A stretch of 64,000 nt of DNA from Promethearchaeota archaeon (GCA_048941265.1 JBHLNT010000007.1:12433-76432); one strand, 5' to 3'. Shown: positions 29,740 to 39,360, counted from the first letter of the stretch. Translations and numbers: made by a program. The notes: generated from the sequence alone by a model not told the origin.

Positions 29740-30942
29740 TTGTGTGATACGTTTGTAGCATTATCCAATTCAACAAAAGATAACAGTGTTATTTTTGGAA
29801 AGAATAGCGACAGACCTCATAATGAAGTACAATTAATAACCTATATTCCAAGGAGGAAATATGCTAAGAGTGAAGAATTACATTGTACATATATTTCAAT
29901 TCCACAAGTATATGAAACTTTTGAAATTCTTTTAAGCCAACCTTGGTGGATGTGGGGAGCAGAAATGGGAGTGAATGAGCATGGTGTTGCCATTGGAAAT
30001 GAAGCTGTATATTCTCATGAACCTATTAGAAGTATTGGTCTGTTAGGTATGGATATATTAAGGTTAGGATTAGAACGAGGAAAAACAGCTAGGAATTCAC
30101 TTACAATAATGACGGATTTATTAGAAAAATATCACCAAGGAGGAGGATGTGCTTTTAATGATTCCAGTTGGATTTATCATAATTCATATATCATCGCAGA
30201 TACGAGTGAAGCTTATGTTTTAGAAACAGCTGATGATTGGTGGATTGCTGAACGAGTAGAAAGTGTAAGGTCAATATCTAATGAGATCTCTATAAGAGGA
30301 AAAGGAGAACTCAGAAGAGAAGGTATAATCCAACATGCCATAGACCAAGGATATTGCAAAGATGACAATGATTTTGACTTTGCCCTAACTTTTACAGGTT
30401 CTTACCATCCTGAAGAACCTTCTCCTTATTCTAGAGGGGGTAAATCAACAATATTACTAAGAGAAAACAAAAAAAAAATTACCCCTAAACTGATGATGGA
30501 ATTTTTACGAGAGCATGATGCTGGAATTTGTATGCATGGAGGATTTGAGTCTACAAGTTCTCAAGTTTCTCATTTAAGGAAAGATAAAAATTCAATTCAT
30601 TGGTTTACAGGCAGTACCCTTCCATGTTTAAGTGTATATAAGCCTTATGTATTTCCTATCGAGGATCAAAGAGTTCTTGAGCCGGCCCCTTATTCAAAAA
30701 TAAATCCTGAATGGTTCTGGTGCAAACATACTTCGGCTGTAGCATCATTTAAAGGATGGAGTATAATATCCGAAAAGAAAATGTATTTGAAAAATCTAAA
30801 AACATTAGAAAATGAAATAATTTGTAAAGTGGATGAGACTATATTAAATGAAAATAATATTTCGGGTGAAGATTTTAAAAATAAAATTAAGTCGATCAAC
30901 TTAAACTCATGGGAGAAATCTAAAGAGTTGATTAATTTATAA
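29740..30942 (+). CDS. Secernin / peptidase C69 family, tandem paralog (TTG start)
   Basis: CDTFVAL, FGKNSDRP, WMWGAEMGVNEHG; starts directly after the upstream TAA. Confidence 0.9.
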   Translation: MCDTFVALSNSTKDNSVIFGKNSDRPHNEVQLITYIPRRKYAKSEELHCTYISIPQVYETFEILLSQPWWMWGAEMGVNEHGVAIGNEAVYSHEPIRSIGLLGMDILRLGLERGKTARNSLTIMTDLLEKYHQGGGCAFNDSSWIYHNSYIIADTSEAYVLETADDWWIAERVESVRSISNEISIRGKGELRREGIIQHAIDQGYCKDDNDFDFALTFTGSYHPEEPSPYSRGGKSTILLRENKKKITPKLMMEFLREHDAGICMHGGFESTSSQVSHLRKDKNSIHWFTGSTLPCLSVYKPYVFPIEDQRVLEPAPYSKINPEWFWCKHTSAVASFKGWSIISEKKMYLKNLKTLENEIICKVDETILNENNISGEDFKNKIKSINLNSWEKSKELINL

Positions 30943-30981
30943 TCTAATTAGATATACCGAAACTAACAAAAATTAACACAT

Positions 30982-32196
30982 TTAATTTTGATCAGAATTA
31001 TCTTGTGCATCAGTAATATCTAATTCATCTATTTTTTCTAATATCTTGTTGTCAACTTTTCGTACTTTGCTAACATGTCTAACATGCTCAGTTCTTTCAC
31101 CAGACTTTCTAGCCAACCATACCTCAATTTTGCCAGCTTTTAACCTTATTTTCTCTTCGTCATATCCTTGTATTCCGATATATCCAAATATCACAATTAG
31201 GATAATAAATATGATTAATACGCTGATATCAGTCACAGTAATTAAAAGCGTCCCTAGTTGAGTATAATCCGAAATTCCCAGAGCCTGAACAATACCTAAC
31301 GTTCCGTATGGAAAGTAGACTGCGAATTCCCAAGCTGCTTTGGAGAAAATTAACCAGAGTATTAACGTTTCTTGTTTAAAACGTTTGAACCGTTCTGCTA
31401 AAAATTCACCTTGTTTCCCTATGATGGAGCTAATTGAGTATAATAAAATAAAAACATCTAAAATTAATAATCCAATTATTGTAAAAATTGATGAAGATTC
31501 TCCCGTTCCATCAGTAAACCCTAAAAAAACCTTTATTACTAAATAAGCACTGTAGATAGTAATAAGAATAAAGTATGTTCCAAGCCATGCGTTAAATTTT
31601 TTATTAAAACTCTGCATTAAACCATATATGGCTAGTCCGATTATTACTATGATTATCGCAATATACGCTATATTTATTATTTCTGGAGCGTTAGTCATTG
31701 TCATTGCTTCAAAGGTTCCTAAATATGCTAAATAAATAAAGAATAATGATATGACTAATCCACCCCAAAATTCTAAACCCCTCCAAAACCATGCTCCATG
31801 TTTATAATAAATACGCTCATCAATCTCTTTACTCATTTTAAAACATCCATATAGCAAAAAAAGAGATGTAAAGAAAATATAAGAAAATATTGATATAATT
31901 ATAATTGCCACTATTACAACCAACATAATTATCATTAGCAGACAATCAAGAAATAGCAGTAAAATGATTTTTGAAGTTGAATATTCTGTTATTTTTTTAT
32001 TAAATAATGAAAGGAACCAAAAGAAACTCGTGAATCCTAATATCGGAAAATAAATAATAATCCCGATAAATGCTAAATTCATTAATGTTAGTATTCTTAG
32101 CGCTGAATATCCGATTAAAAGATAAATAAGCAGAATTAAATATAATTTATTTTCCTTTTCTCTATATAATTTATTTAGGTTATCGATAAATTCCAT
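30982..32196 (-). CDS. Polytopic membrane protein of unknown function
   Basis: About 9-10 hydrophobic segments and a charged C-terminal tail. Confidence 0.7.
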   Translation of the reverse strand: MEFIDNLNKLYREKENKLYLILLIYLLIGYSALRILTLMNLAFIGIIIYFPILGFTSFFWFLSLFNKKITEYSTSKIILLLFLDCLLMIIMLVVIVAIIIISIFSYIFFTSLFLLYGCFKMSKEIDERIYYKHGAWFWRGLEFWGGLVISLFFIYLAYLGTFEAMTMTNAPEIINIAYIAIIIVIIGLAIYGLMQSFNKKFNAWLGTYFILITIYSAYLVIKVFLGFTDGTGESSSIFTIIGLLILDVFILLYSISSIIGKQGEFLAERFKRFKQETLILWLIFSKAAWEFAVYFPYGTLGIVQALGISDYTQLGTLLITVTDISVLIIFIILIVIFGYIGIQGYDEEKIRLKAGKIEVWLARKSGERTEHVRHVSKVRKVDNKILEKIDELDITDAQDNSDQN

Positions 32197-32329
32197 AGAA
32201 AGCTAATCAAAATAACATTATTTAAAATTTATCAAATGAAAAAAATAAAAACTAAGAAGTATTTAAAAATTAAAACTATAAATTTGGTATTAAAATTACA
32301 CAAAAACTTAATAAAAAATCAGAAAATTT

Positions 32330-33619
32330 ATGCCAATTAAATCTTTCAAATTTTTGTTGCCTATTTTAATTTTGCTTATATTAGGTAATGGTGTTTCTAA
32401 TTTTTTATTAGCTCAGAATTTCATATCAGATAAACAAGCCATTGAAACTCGTAATAAAAAGATCCCTCATCGATCGGCCACTATTCTTCTTTGGAATTTC
32501 ACTACCGGAGACGATATTAATTCTGTTTCAATATCCTCAGATGGAAGCTATATTGTAGCTGGAAGTGATGATGATAATACTTATCTATTTAATAATACTA
32601 GTTCCAGTTCAAAAACTCCAATGTGGAATTCTACTTCAAGTAATGATATTAATTCAGTAGCAATTTCTTCTGATCTAAATTATATTGTTTCTGGGTCTAA
32701 TGATAATCATGTATACTTATTTAATAAATCAATTTCTACCCCACGTTGGAATTATTCTATGGGAAACAATGTGTTATCTGTTAAAATCTCGAATGATGGA
32801 AATTATATAATTTCGGGAAGTAATGATAAAATTTCATTTCTTAAAAACTCATCCTCGACGCCATCGTGGAACTATAGCACTGGAGCAATTGTGTATTCCG
32901 TGGCCATTTCTGACGATGGCAGATATATAACTGCTGGATGCGCTAATGATAAGGTATATCTTTTTTATAAAACTTCTAATGATACTTTGTGGGAATTTCA
33001 AGCTGATAATGATATTAAAACAGTTGACATCTCAGCCGATGGGTATTATATAGTTGCTGGGAGTGATAATAATGAGCTCTATTTGTTTAATAAATTTAGC
33101 AAAACTCCTCAATTAAGTTATGAAACTGGAGGAGATGTGAGAGCAATAGCTATTTCTTCTGATGGAAACTATATTGTTGCTGGTTCCAGTGATAATAAAA
33201 CTTATGTTATAGATGTAGTAAAGGAGGAGCTAGTTTGGACTTATGAATGTGGCGATGCAATAAACAGTGTTGATATATCTTCTAATGGCAAACATATACT
33301 CGTAGGTAGTAATGATAATAAGACATATTTATTTGCTATTTCAAGTAACATCCCTTTATGGAGTTATAAGGCAGAAGGAAGTATTATTACTGTAGCAATC
33401 TCTTCTAATGGAAATTATTTAGTAGTAGGTAGCGAAGATAATCAAATCTACATGTTTCATTGGACACCTACAATCGAAGAGGAAAGTGGCGATCATAAAT
33501 TAGATATCGATTTTGGTGAGAGTTCTATTCCTTTTGGAAATTATTACATTATATTTATAGTATTAACGATGATTTCATTAGTACTGATCTATAAAAGAAA
33601 GATTCAAAGATCGAAATAA
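32330..33619 (+). CDS. Secreted WD40-like beta-propeller with C-terminal membrane anchor (Loki-CTERM-like)
   Basis: N-terminal signal peptide; eight SVAISSDGxYIVAGSxDxxxYLF repeats; IPFGNY-hydrophobic-KRK tail. Confidence 0.85.
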   Translation: MPIKSFKFLLPILILLILGNGVSNFLLAQNFISDKQAIETRNKKIPHRSATILLWNFTTGDDINSVSISSDGSYIVAGSDDDNTYLFNNTSSSSKTPMWNSTSSNDINSVAISSDLNYIVSGSNDNHVYLFNKSISTPRWNYSMGNNVLSVKISNDGNYIISGSNDKISFLKNSSSTPSWNYSTGAIVYSVAISDDGRYITAGCANDKVYLFYKTSNDTLWEFQADNDIKTVDISADGYYIVAGSDNNELYLFNKFSKTPQLSYETGGDVRAIAISSDGNYIVAGSSDNKTYVIDVVKEELVWTYECGDAINSVDISSNGKHILVGSNDNKTYLFAISSNIPLWSYKAEGSIITVAISSNGNYLVVGSEDNQIYMFHWTPTIEEESGDHKLDIDFGESSIPFGNYYIIFIVLTMISLVLIYKRKIQRSK

Positions 33620-33783
33620 ATGAATTAAATTTAAAATTAAAATCAAATTTTTGCTCAGTTTAAATTTTACTTAGAAAAAGTGAAAACAAGTAAAATTTCT
33701 AAAAATCCAAAATTTTTTATTTTTTTTAATATTTTTTTCATTACTTATATGATATAATAACTTTTTTTCCTAGATTTTCTCTC

Positions 33784-34077
33784 ATGTCATCTACTAAATT
33801 AAATGTCCTTGGAATGGAAGGAGTTATAGCAAATTATCGACGAGGTCGTCACACAGTTCATCTGAAACAATGTATTATTGTCTTCCCAAATATAAAAACA
33901 AGAAAGGAAGCAAATAAAATGATTGGGAGAACTGTTGTTTGGATAAGCCCTACAGGCAAAGAATTGAAGGGTATTATTAGCCGTGCTCATGGGAATAACG
34001 GTGCTGTACGAGCTATATTCAAAAAAGCTGGTCTTCCAGGACAGGCGCTTGGTACTAAGATAAAAATTGTAAAATAA
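33784..34077 (+). CDS. rpl35ae: 50S ribosomal protein L35Ae
   Basis: NYRRGRH, HGNNGAVRA, LPGQALG. Confidence 0.94.
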   Translation: MSSTKLNVLGMEGVIANYRRGRHTVHLKQCIIVFPNIKTRKEANKMIGRTVVWISPTGKELKGIISRAHGNNGAVRAIFKKAGLPGQALGTKIKIVK

Positions 34078-34128
34078 AATTGTTTTTGCTCCTTTTACGC
34101 TTTCTATTGGATAAGATTCATCATCCTT

Positions 34129-34638
34129 GTGGCTTGGGAGTACGCGGATATTCCTGCTGTACGACGTTTTTGGAGACAATATGAAAAACTTTTGTTGATT
34201 GGATTTGAAAAAACTAAAGTTTTAATTGAGAAAGGAAAAGGGGCTAGGCTTGTAAAGCCCGATGAGGAAAGCGCAATTCCAATCATTGAAGGGATAATAA
34301 CAGACTCAAATCACATAGAACCTTCCGTAAATATTCCTAATGATAATATAATTACTAATTTACCTACGGATTCAATTATAGAATGCCCTGCAATAATCAA
34401 TAAGGATGGAATAAAAGGGATAAAGATAGGTGAATATCCAAAAAGTATTGCTGCATTGTTAAATACACAAATTTCCATTCAAGAGATTATTGTGGAAGCT
34501 ATATTTAAAAAATCAAAAGATTTAGCATTGCAAGCGCTTCTAGCCGACCCTGTAGTAGAAACGTATTGGCAAGCGAAAAATATTTTAGACGAGTTATTAA
34601 AGATTGAATCAGAATACATTCAAATTCAACTAGAATAA
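34129..34638 (+). pseudogene. C-terminal fragment of a GH4 glycoside hydrolase
   Basis: ESAIPIIEGI, VNIPN..ITNLP..IIECP, LALQALLADP; the NAD-binding N-terminal domain is absent. Confidence 0.7.
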
Positions 34639-34657
34639 AGAATTTATTTAAAATTTA

Positions 34658-34798
34658 TTCTAATATTCTTGTAATTGATTTGTTATTTCAATTTTAAAAT
34701 CCTTAAGAAAATATCATAAATCGTGTTATTTAGCATTTTAAATGATAATATTCCAATAACATAGTCATTTTTTATCCAATCACTTCTAATATTCTTGT
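34658..34798 (+). repeat. 15-bp direct repeat TTCTAATATTCTTGT at 34658-34672 and 34784-34798
   Basis: Read directly from the intergenic sequence. Confidence 0.55.
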
Positions 34799-34839
34799 TA
34801 AAATTAAATTTAATTCTTCTAATTATTATATAATTAAGG

Positions 34840-36903
34840 TTGAAAATGTCAGGAAAAGACTTGCAATTATGTCGTTTTTGTCAAAAGCATGTCAAACTAG
34901 CATATTACTGCGAAGAGTGTGGCGTTAGTTGTTGTTCTGATTGTTTACATGACGAATCCGTGGATTATTTTATATGTCAAGAATGCAATTCTAAAAATAT
35001 TGAATTTTTTGATTCCAATGGAAAAAAAGTATGTAAAGATTGCGGTACAGAGAATATAAATAAAGTAACCCAACACTTAAAATCCTGTCCAAAATGTCAT
35101 TCTCATAAAATTTTAAATATATATGAAAAAAAAGAGGAGTTAGAACAGAAATTCTTAGATATAATTAAAGATACTCGCTCCTTTACTAAGCCCCTACGCG
35201 ATATAATCAATGAATTATATATTTTAAGGCATAAAATTAAAGTCGCAAGAAGCCCTCCAATAAAGTGTTTTCATTATCCAAAAATGGAGTCAGAACTTCT
35301 AGTTCTTTTTAAACAAATCATCCACATAAAAGATACATTGTTAGAAAAAATAAATACTCACTTTCGCCATTTAGCCTTAAATAAAGAGTTCTTTTTTGAA
35401 ATCTATAATCAACCTAATTCGAATATTAGAATCATAGAAAACATATTAGATAATGTATGCCGGAGTCATGAATCAATAAAAAAGTTCATAGAAGATAATA
35501 ATAAGGAAATTTATGAAAAACTGGATGGGTTTCAAAAAAACCTCAAATTTATAGAAAAGATAAAAAAGTTATTTCTACCATACAAAAGGTTTCTTAATTT
35601 AGCAGAAGATGAAAAACCGGTGTATGCTGTGAAGACAACTCTAATAAATGGAATGAATAATCAGAATAAGTTCATAAAAAAAAATAAGGGACTTCTGTTT
35701 ATTACGAATTTTGATTTATCTTTTGTCCATGAATATGGTATGATGAAAAAAAAGCAGGAATTAATTTTCAAAGCTCCTATAAATGATCTAATAAACATTG
35801 CTGATAAAGGAAAACTGTTTAAAAAATTATTTATTCAATTCGATTACGGCAAATATGAATTTTCGCTTCCCTCAAATATCATTACTAAGGTAATTGATTA
35901 CATCATTTTAGCTAGATCTTTTCAGGAAAATGATTTATATAATTACGAAATAGCCAATAATCTTCATGAAATTGACATTGACCTAAACGATTTAATGAGA
36001 TATATAGAAGAAGGCATAAATTCTTTCTTTACTTTAAAGATTAAATATAATAAAAAATTAAACCGTAAACAAAAAAACGAGTTAGAAACTCATAATGAAA
36101 ACACAATAAATTCCCATTATTACAAGTCTCAATATCCTTTTTATCATAATCAAGATCCTCCACTTGTTTGGCCCCGAAAACCTTTATATCCTTCTTCCCA
36201 GTTTCAAAATCCTGAAAATTATTATTATAACCAGATGAGATCTTCAGTACCATTTGAATTTGAAAAAAGTAATTTTTATCCCCAAAATAATACCCAACCC
36301 CATAGATTCCAAAATTATCATCCTCATAATGAGTTTGATTTTAATCACCACCAACCATATCAAAGACCTTTTGCTTATGATAATAGATTTGACTTTGATG
36401 AAAAAAGTATTCTTATGAAAAAATTGGAAAAAATGCATAAATTTGACCAAGAAGTACCCCCTTCCTATCCCAATCAAATGAAATCTGATGCATTTAACCA
36501 ATTTGGTGCCCGAATCAGTTCAGATCAATCTTATGGCAACGACCCTCGCAGTTCTTACAATAATTATTCCTTTCAAGATTTTCAAAAAAATCATTTATCT
36601 GAATTTTTTGATCCTAACGATCCTTCATTACAAAATCCAAATAATATGAAAAAAGACTTTAATGAAGATCAGGATAGCATGATTAAATTAAAACAAGAAC
36701 AATATAGTCTCAAGAAAACTCTGAAAGAACTAGAGACCAAATTTGAAAGCGGAGTTATTTCTGAGGTCGATTATTTTCGAACCTTTAAAAAATTGCAGAA
36801 AGACCTTTATTCAATCGAAAAAAAAATTGAAAGTTTGCAAGATAAACTAGATGATGAGTTGTTTCGAAGAAGAAATTATAGTAAACAAAAATATACTTTT
36901 TAA
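34840..36903 (+). CDS. Multi-domain protein: B-box/FYVE-like Zn finger plus Zn ribbon, coiled coil, PH/GRAM-like domain, N/Q/P/Y-rich region, steadiness-box-like C-terminal hairpin
   Basis: Six CxxC pairs in aa 11-86; GLLFITNFDLSFV; low-complexity stretch; LKKTLKELETKFESGVISEVDYFRTFKKL. Confidence 0.65.
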   Translation: MKMSGKDLQLCRFCQKHVKLAYYCEECGVSCCSDCLHDESVDYFICQECNSKNIEFFDSNGKKVCKDCGTENINKVTQHLKSCPKCHSHKILNIYEKKEELEQKFLDIIKDTRSFTKPLRDIINELYILRHKIKVARSPPIKCFHYPKMESELLVLFKQIIHIKDTLLEKINTHFRHLALNKEFFFEIYNQPNSNIRIIENILDNVCRSHESIKKFIEDNNKEIYEKLDGFQKNLKFIEKIKKLFLPYKRFLNLAEDEKPVYAVKTTLINGMNNQNKFIKKNKGLLFITNFDLSFVHEYGMMKKKQELIFKAPINDLINIADKGKLFKKLFIQFDYGKYEFSLPSNIITKVIDYIILARSFQENDLYNYEIANNLHEIDIDLNDLMRYIEEGINSFFTLKIKYNKKLNRKQKNELETHNENTINSHYYKSQYPFYHNQDPPLVWPRKPLYPSSQFQNPENYYYNQMRSSVPFEFEKSNFYPQNNTQPHRFQNYHPHNEFDFNHHQPYQRPFAYDNRFDFDEKSILMKKLEKMHKFDQEVPPSYPNQMKSDAFNQFGARISSDQSYGNDPRSSYNNYSFQDFQKNHLSEFFDPNDPSLQNPNNMKKDFNEDQDSMIKLKQEQYSLKKTLKELETKFESGVISEVDYFRTFKKLQKDLYSIEKKIESLQDKLDDELFRRRNYSKQKYTF

Positions 36904-36965
36904 ATTGTGTTATTCTTTTCCAACTTTCAATAATCTTTATAATTTCATCAATATTACTTTAAGAT

Positions 36966-37991
36966 ATGGAAAAAGAAGGGCTGTTTACGACATGTGTTGG
37001 CTCCATGCCTCTCAGTGATACTGAGGAAAATATGAATAGAGCGTTTAAGGAATTGATTGAAATTGGCATAGATTTTCCATGCTACCCACAGCTGAAACCT
37101 ATGAATCCTCAATTTCTCTCTCCGTTATCCAAAGTTATTGAACCATTAGAAGAGACTAAACCTGAAGTGTTCTACTTAGCAGATGATTTTAAAATTCCTG
37201 CTAAACCAGTTGCGTTAGAATATGGTGAATTTATAGTGAAATTTTTGAATGAACACCCCGAGCTTAAAAGCCGTATTAAAGGTACTAAAGCATGTTTGAC
37301 GGGGCCTTTTACATTGGCAAGTGAGGTTTTCTTGCGTGAAAAGCTTTCCAAAGGAATAGAATTGAAAATATTTAATGAACATCGGGCAATTATGTTAAGT
37401 TGGATTGTAGATAAATTTGCTGAGATTATGAAAGAAATTGGCAGAGCTTATAACGATATGGGAATTAATATCATCTCGATGGATGAGCCTATATTGGGTT
37501 TGTTAGTTGGGAGAAAAATATTCTTTCATACAGAGGATTTTATTATTCAGACCTTAAATAAGGTTTTATCAGGAATAAAAGGTATGCCATCTATTCATGT
37601 CTGTGGGAGAATAAGCCCCAATTTACGTGATATTCTTTTACAAACCGATGTAAAAATCATGGATCATGAATTCCGCACGAGTGAAGTAAATTTTAAAATA
37701 TTTGAAAAAAAACATTTAGAAGAACATGATAAATATTTAGCTATGGGCACTGTTCAAACGAATGTATCTCCTAAAAAAGATGCTGATATAGATGATTATG
37801 TTGAGGACATCGGCTTTTTGAAAAATTTTATTGAGAAAGGGATCGAACTTTATGGAAAAGAGAATTTAGTCATAAAAAGCGATTGTGGGTTTGGAGCCTT
37901 GAAAAAAACTTTTGAAAGCGAAGAATTTGCCTATCAAATAGCTATTAGAAAACTTAAAAATATGGTTTTAGCAGCAAAAGAACTTAAATAA
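36966..37991 (+). CDS. Single-barrel ('core') methionine synthase-like methyltransferase (MetE C-terminal domain family)
   Basis: VGSMP, YPQL, LTGPFTLA, MDEP, Zn ligands HVC and DCGFG. Confidence 0.78.
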   Translation: MEKEGLFTTCVGSMPLSDTEENMNRAFKELIEIGIDFPCYPQLKPMNPQFLSPLSKVIEPLEETKPEVFYLADDFKIPAKPVALEYGEFIVKFLNEHPELKSRIKGTKACLTGPFTLASEVFLREKLSKGIELKIFNEHRAIMLSWIVDKFAEIMKEIGRAYNDMGINIISMDEPILGLLVGRKIFFHTEDFIIQTLNKVLSGIKGMPSIHVCGRISPNLRDILLQTDVKIMDHEFRTSEVNFKIFEKKHLEEHDKYLAMGTVQTNVSPKKDADIDDYVEDIGFLKNFIEKGIELYGKENLVIKSDCGFGALKKTFESEEFAYQIAIRKLKNMVLAAKELK

Positions 37992-38052
37992 GCTATATAC
38001 TAAGAAAATTTCTAAAAAATCACTAAAAAGAAGGTAAATTTTTCAAAAAAAA

Positions 38053-38709
38053 TTACTCACTTAATTCCTTTTTCAATTTTTCTATTTCTTCTTGAAGTTT
38101 TGCTTTTGATTTTGTTTCTTCCTCTTCAGATTCAAGTTCTATATCTGAAATATATTCTGGAAATTCCCCCTCGGGTACAGTTGGCATTGATCCACTTGCA
38201 TCTAAGAGCATTTCAGTTTCAAGTTGGTCAAGCATATCTGAAACATCGATTCCGAGGTCAATCTCTAGATCACCAGCGAGAATATCTCCAGCCTCTTCAA
38301 TTTCAGAAACATACATTTCAGAATCTTCTGAAATTTCGGCAATCGCCTCAGGCGACGCTTTAGTAGCAATAGTTTTTAATTCATCTCGCATTTTTGCCAT
38401 AAAACTCCCAGATTGTGCAATTGCGGCTCCTTCTTCTAAGGCTTCTATCTGTCTATCGAATTTTGCTCGAATATTATTCGTTCTATCAACTTTCATTTGA
38501 TATTGTTTATATTGAACTAAATAACTCTTAGCACGTTCTCTTTCCCCTCTTTGTAAAGCAATCTTAGCATTTTTTCTACTTACTTCAGCTCTTTTTTGAT
38601 AGTTTTTAGAGCGAATTCCTAATTGACGAGTATATCTCTTCACTTGAGTAACTAGCTTATCTTTTTCTTGAGCTTTCCTAGGAAAGAGTTTCTTACCAAT
38701 TGGTGCCAT
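38053..38709 (-). CDS. ESCRT-III Snf7-family protein (Vps20/32/60-like)
   Basis: Basic N-terminal hairpin (AKIALQRGERERAKSYL), acidic C-terminal half, LDQLETE, MPTVP, terminal amphipathic helix. Confidence 0.85.
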   Translation of the reverse strand: MAPIGKKLFPRKAQEKDKLVTQVKRYTRQLGIRSKNYQKRAEVSRKNAKIALQRGERERAKSYLVQYKQYQMKVDRTNNIRAKFDRQIEALEEGAAIAQSGSFMAKMRDELKTIATKASPEAIAEISEDSEMYVSEIEEAGDILAGDLEIDLGIDVSDMLDQLETEMLLDASGSMPTVPEGEFPEYISDIELESEEEETKSKAKLQEEIEKLKKELSE

Positions 38710-38955
38710 ATTTTTGATCTCCTCTACTTTCTGGTTTTTAGATTCAAATTTTAAAAACTTTTTTTAAGTACTTTTTATATTAAATTAAAGCTAATACTAA
38801 TTTAAAAATTTGTTTCGATATTTTACAATTTGACTAAGGAGACTAAAAAGTTTTTTATAAAAAAAACTTTCATAGACCAATAACTACGAAATTCAATTGT
38901 AATCTCAAGGATTTGTTATTTTTCAGAAATATAAAAGTAGATACGAATTATAATT

Positions 38956-39360
38956 TTATTTTGCATGAGGAGTCACTCGAAGTAGCTGAGATGTTCCAAT
39001 ACAGATTAATTCTCCCAGTTCATTGTAAATTTTTGATTCACAGAAAGAAATATTTTTCCCACTTCTTAGGCATTCTGCTTTAGCAGTCAGGGTTCCTTTT
39101 GCCACAGGTTTAAGATATGATACTTGAAGGTCTATTGTGGTTACCCATCCCTTAGGGTAAATAAGGGAAAATGCCGCGCATGCACAGGTAGAATCGATCA
39201 TTGAAGCAAGAACTCCCCCATGAATCATTCCATTCTGAGTAAACTCTTCTCTTATATCCATTTCAAAATGAGCATACCCGTCTTTTATCTCGATGAGCCT
39301 GAATCCGAGAGTACGGTAAAACGGAATCCGTTTGATAAGCGAATCTTTGATATCATCCAT
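38956..39360 (-). CDS. PaaI-family hotdog thioesterase
   Basis: QNGMIHGGVLASMID, TIDLQVSYLKP. Confidence 0.9.
   Translation of the reverse strand: MDDIKDSLIKRIPFYRTLGFRLIEIKDGYAHFEMDIREEFTQNGMIHGGVLASMIDSTCACAAFSLIYPKGWVTTIDLQVSYLKPVAKGTLTAKAECLRSGKNISFCESKIYNELGELICIGTSQLLRVTPHAK

Noticed and set aside
32480-33460. Periodic DNA similarity suggesting a CRISPR or tandem repeat
   Set aside because: These are degenerate codon-level repeats of the WD40 blades inside an ORF
34110-34170. GC-richer patch after rpl35ae considered as a tRNA or ncRNA
   Set aside because: No cloverleaf or T-loop consensus; it is explained by the GH4 fragment coding sequence
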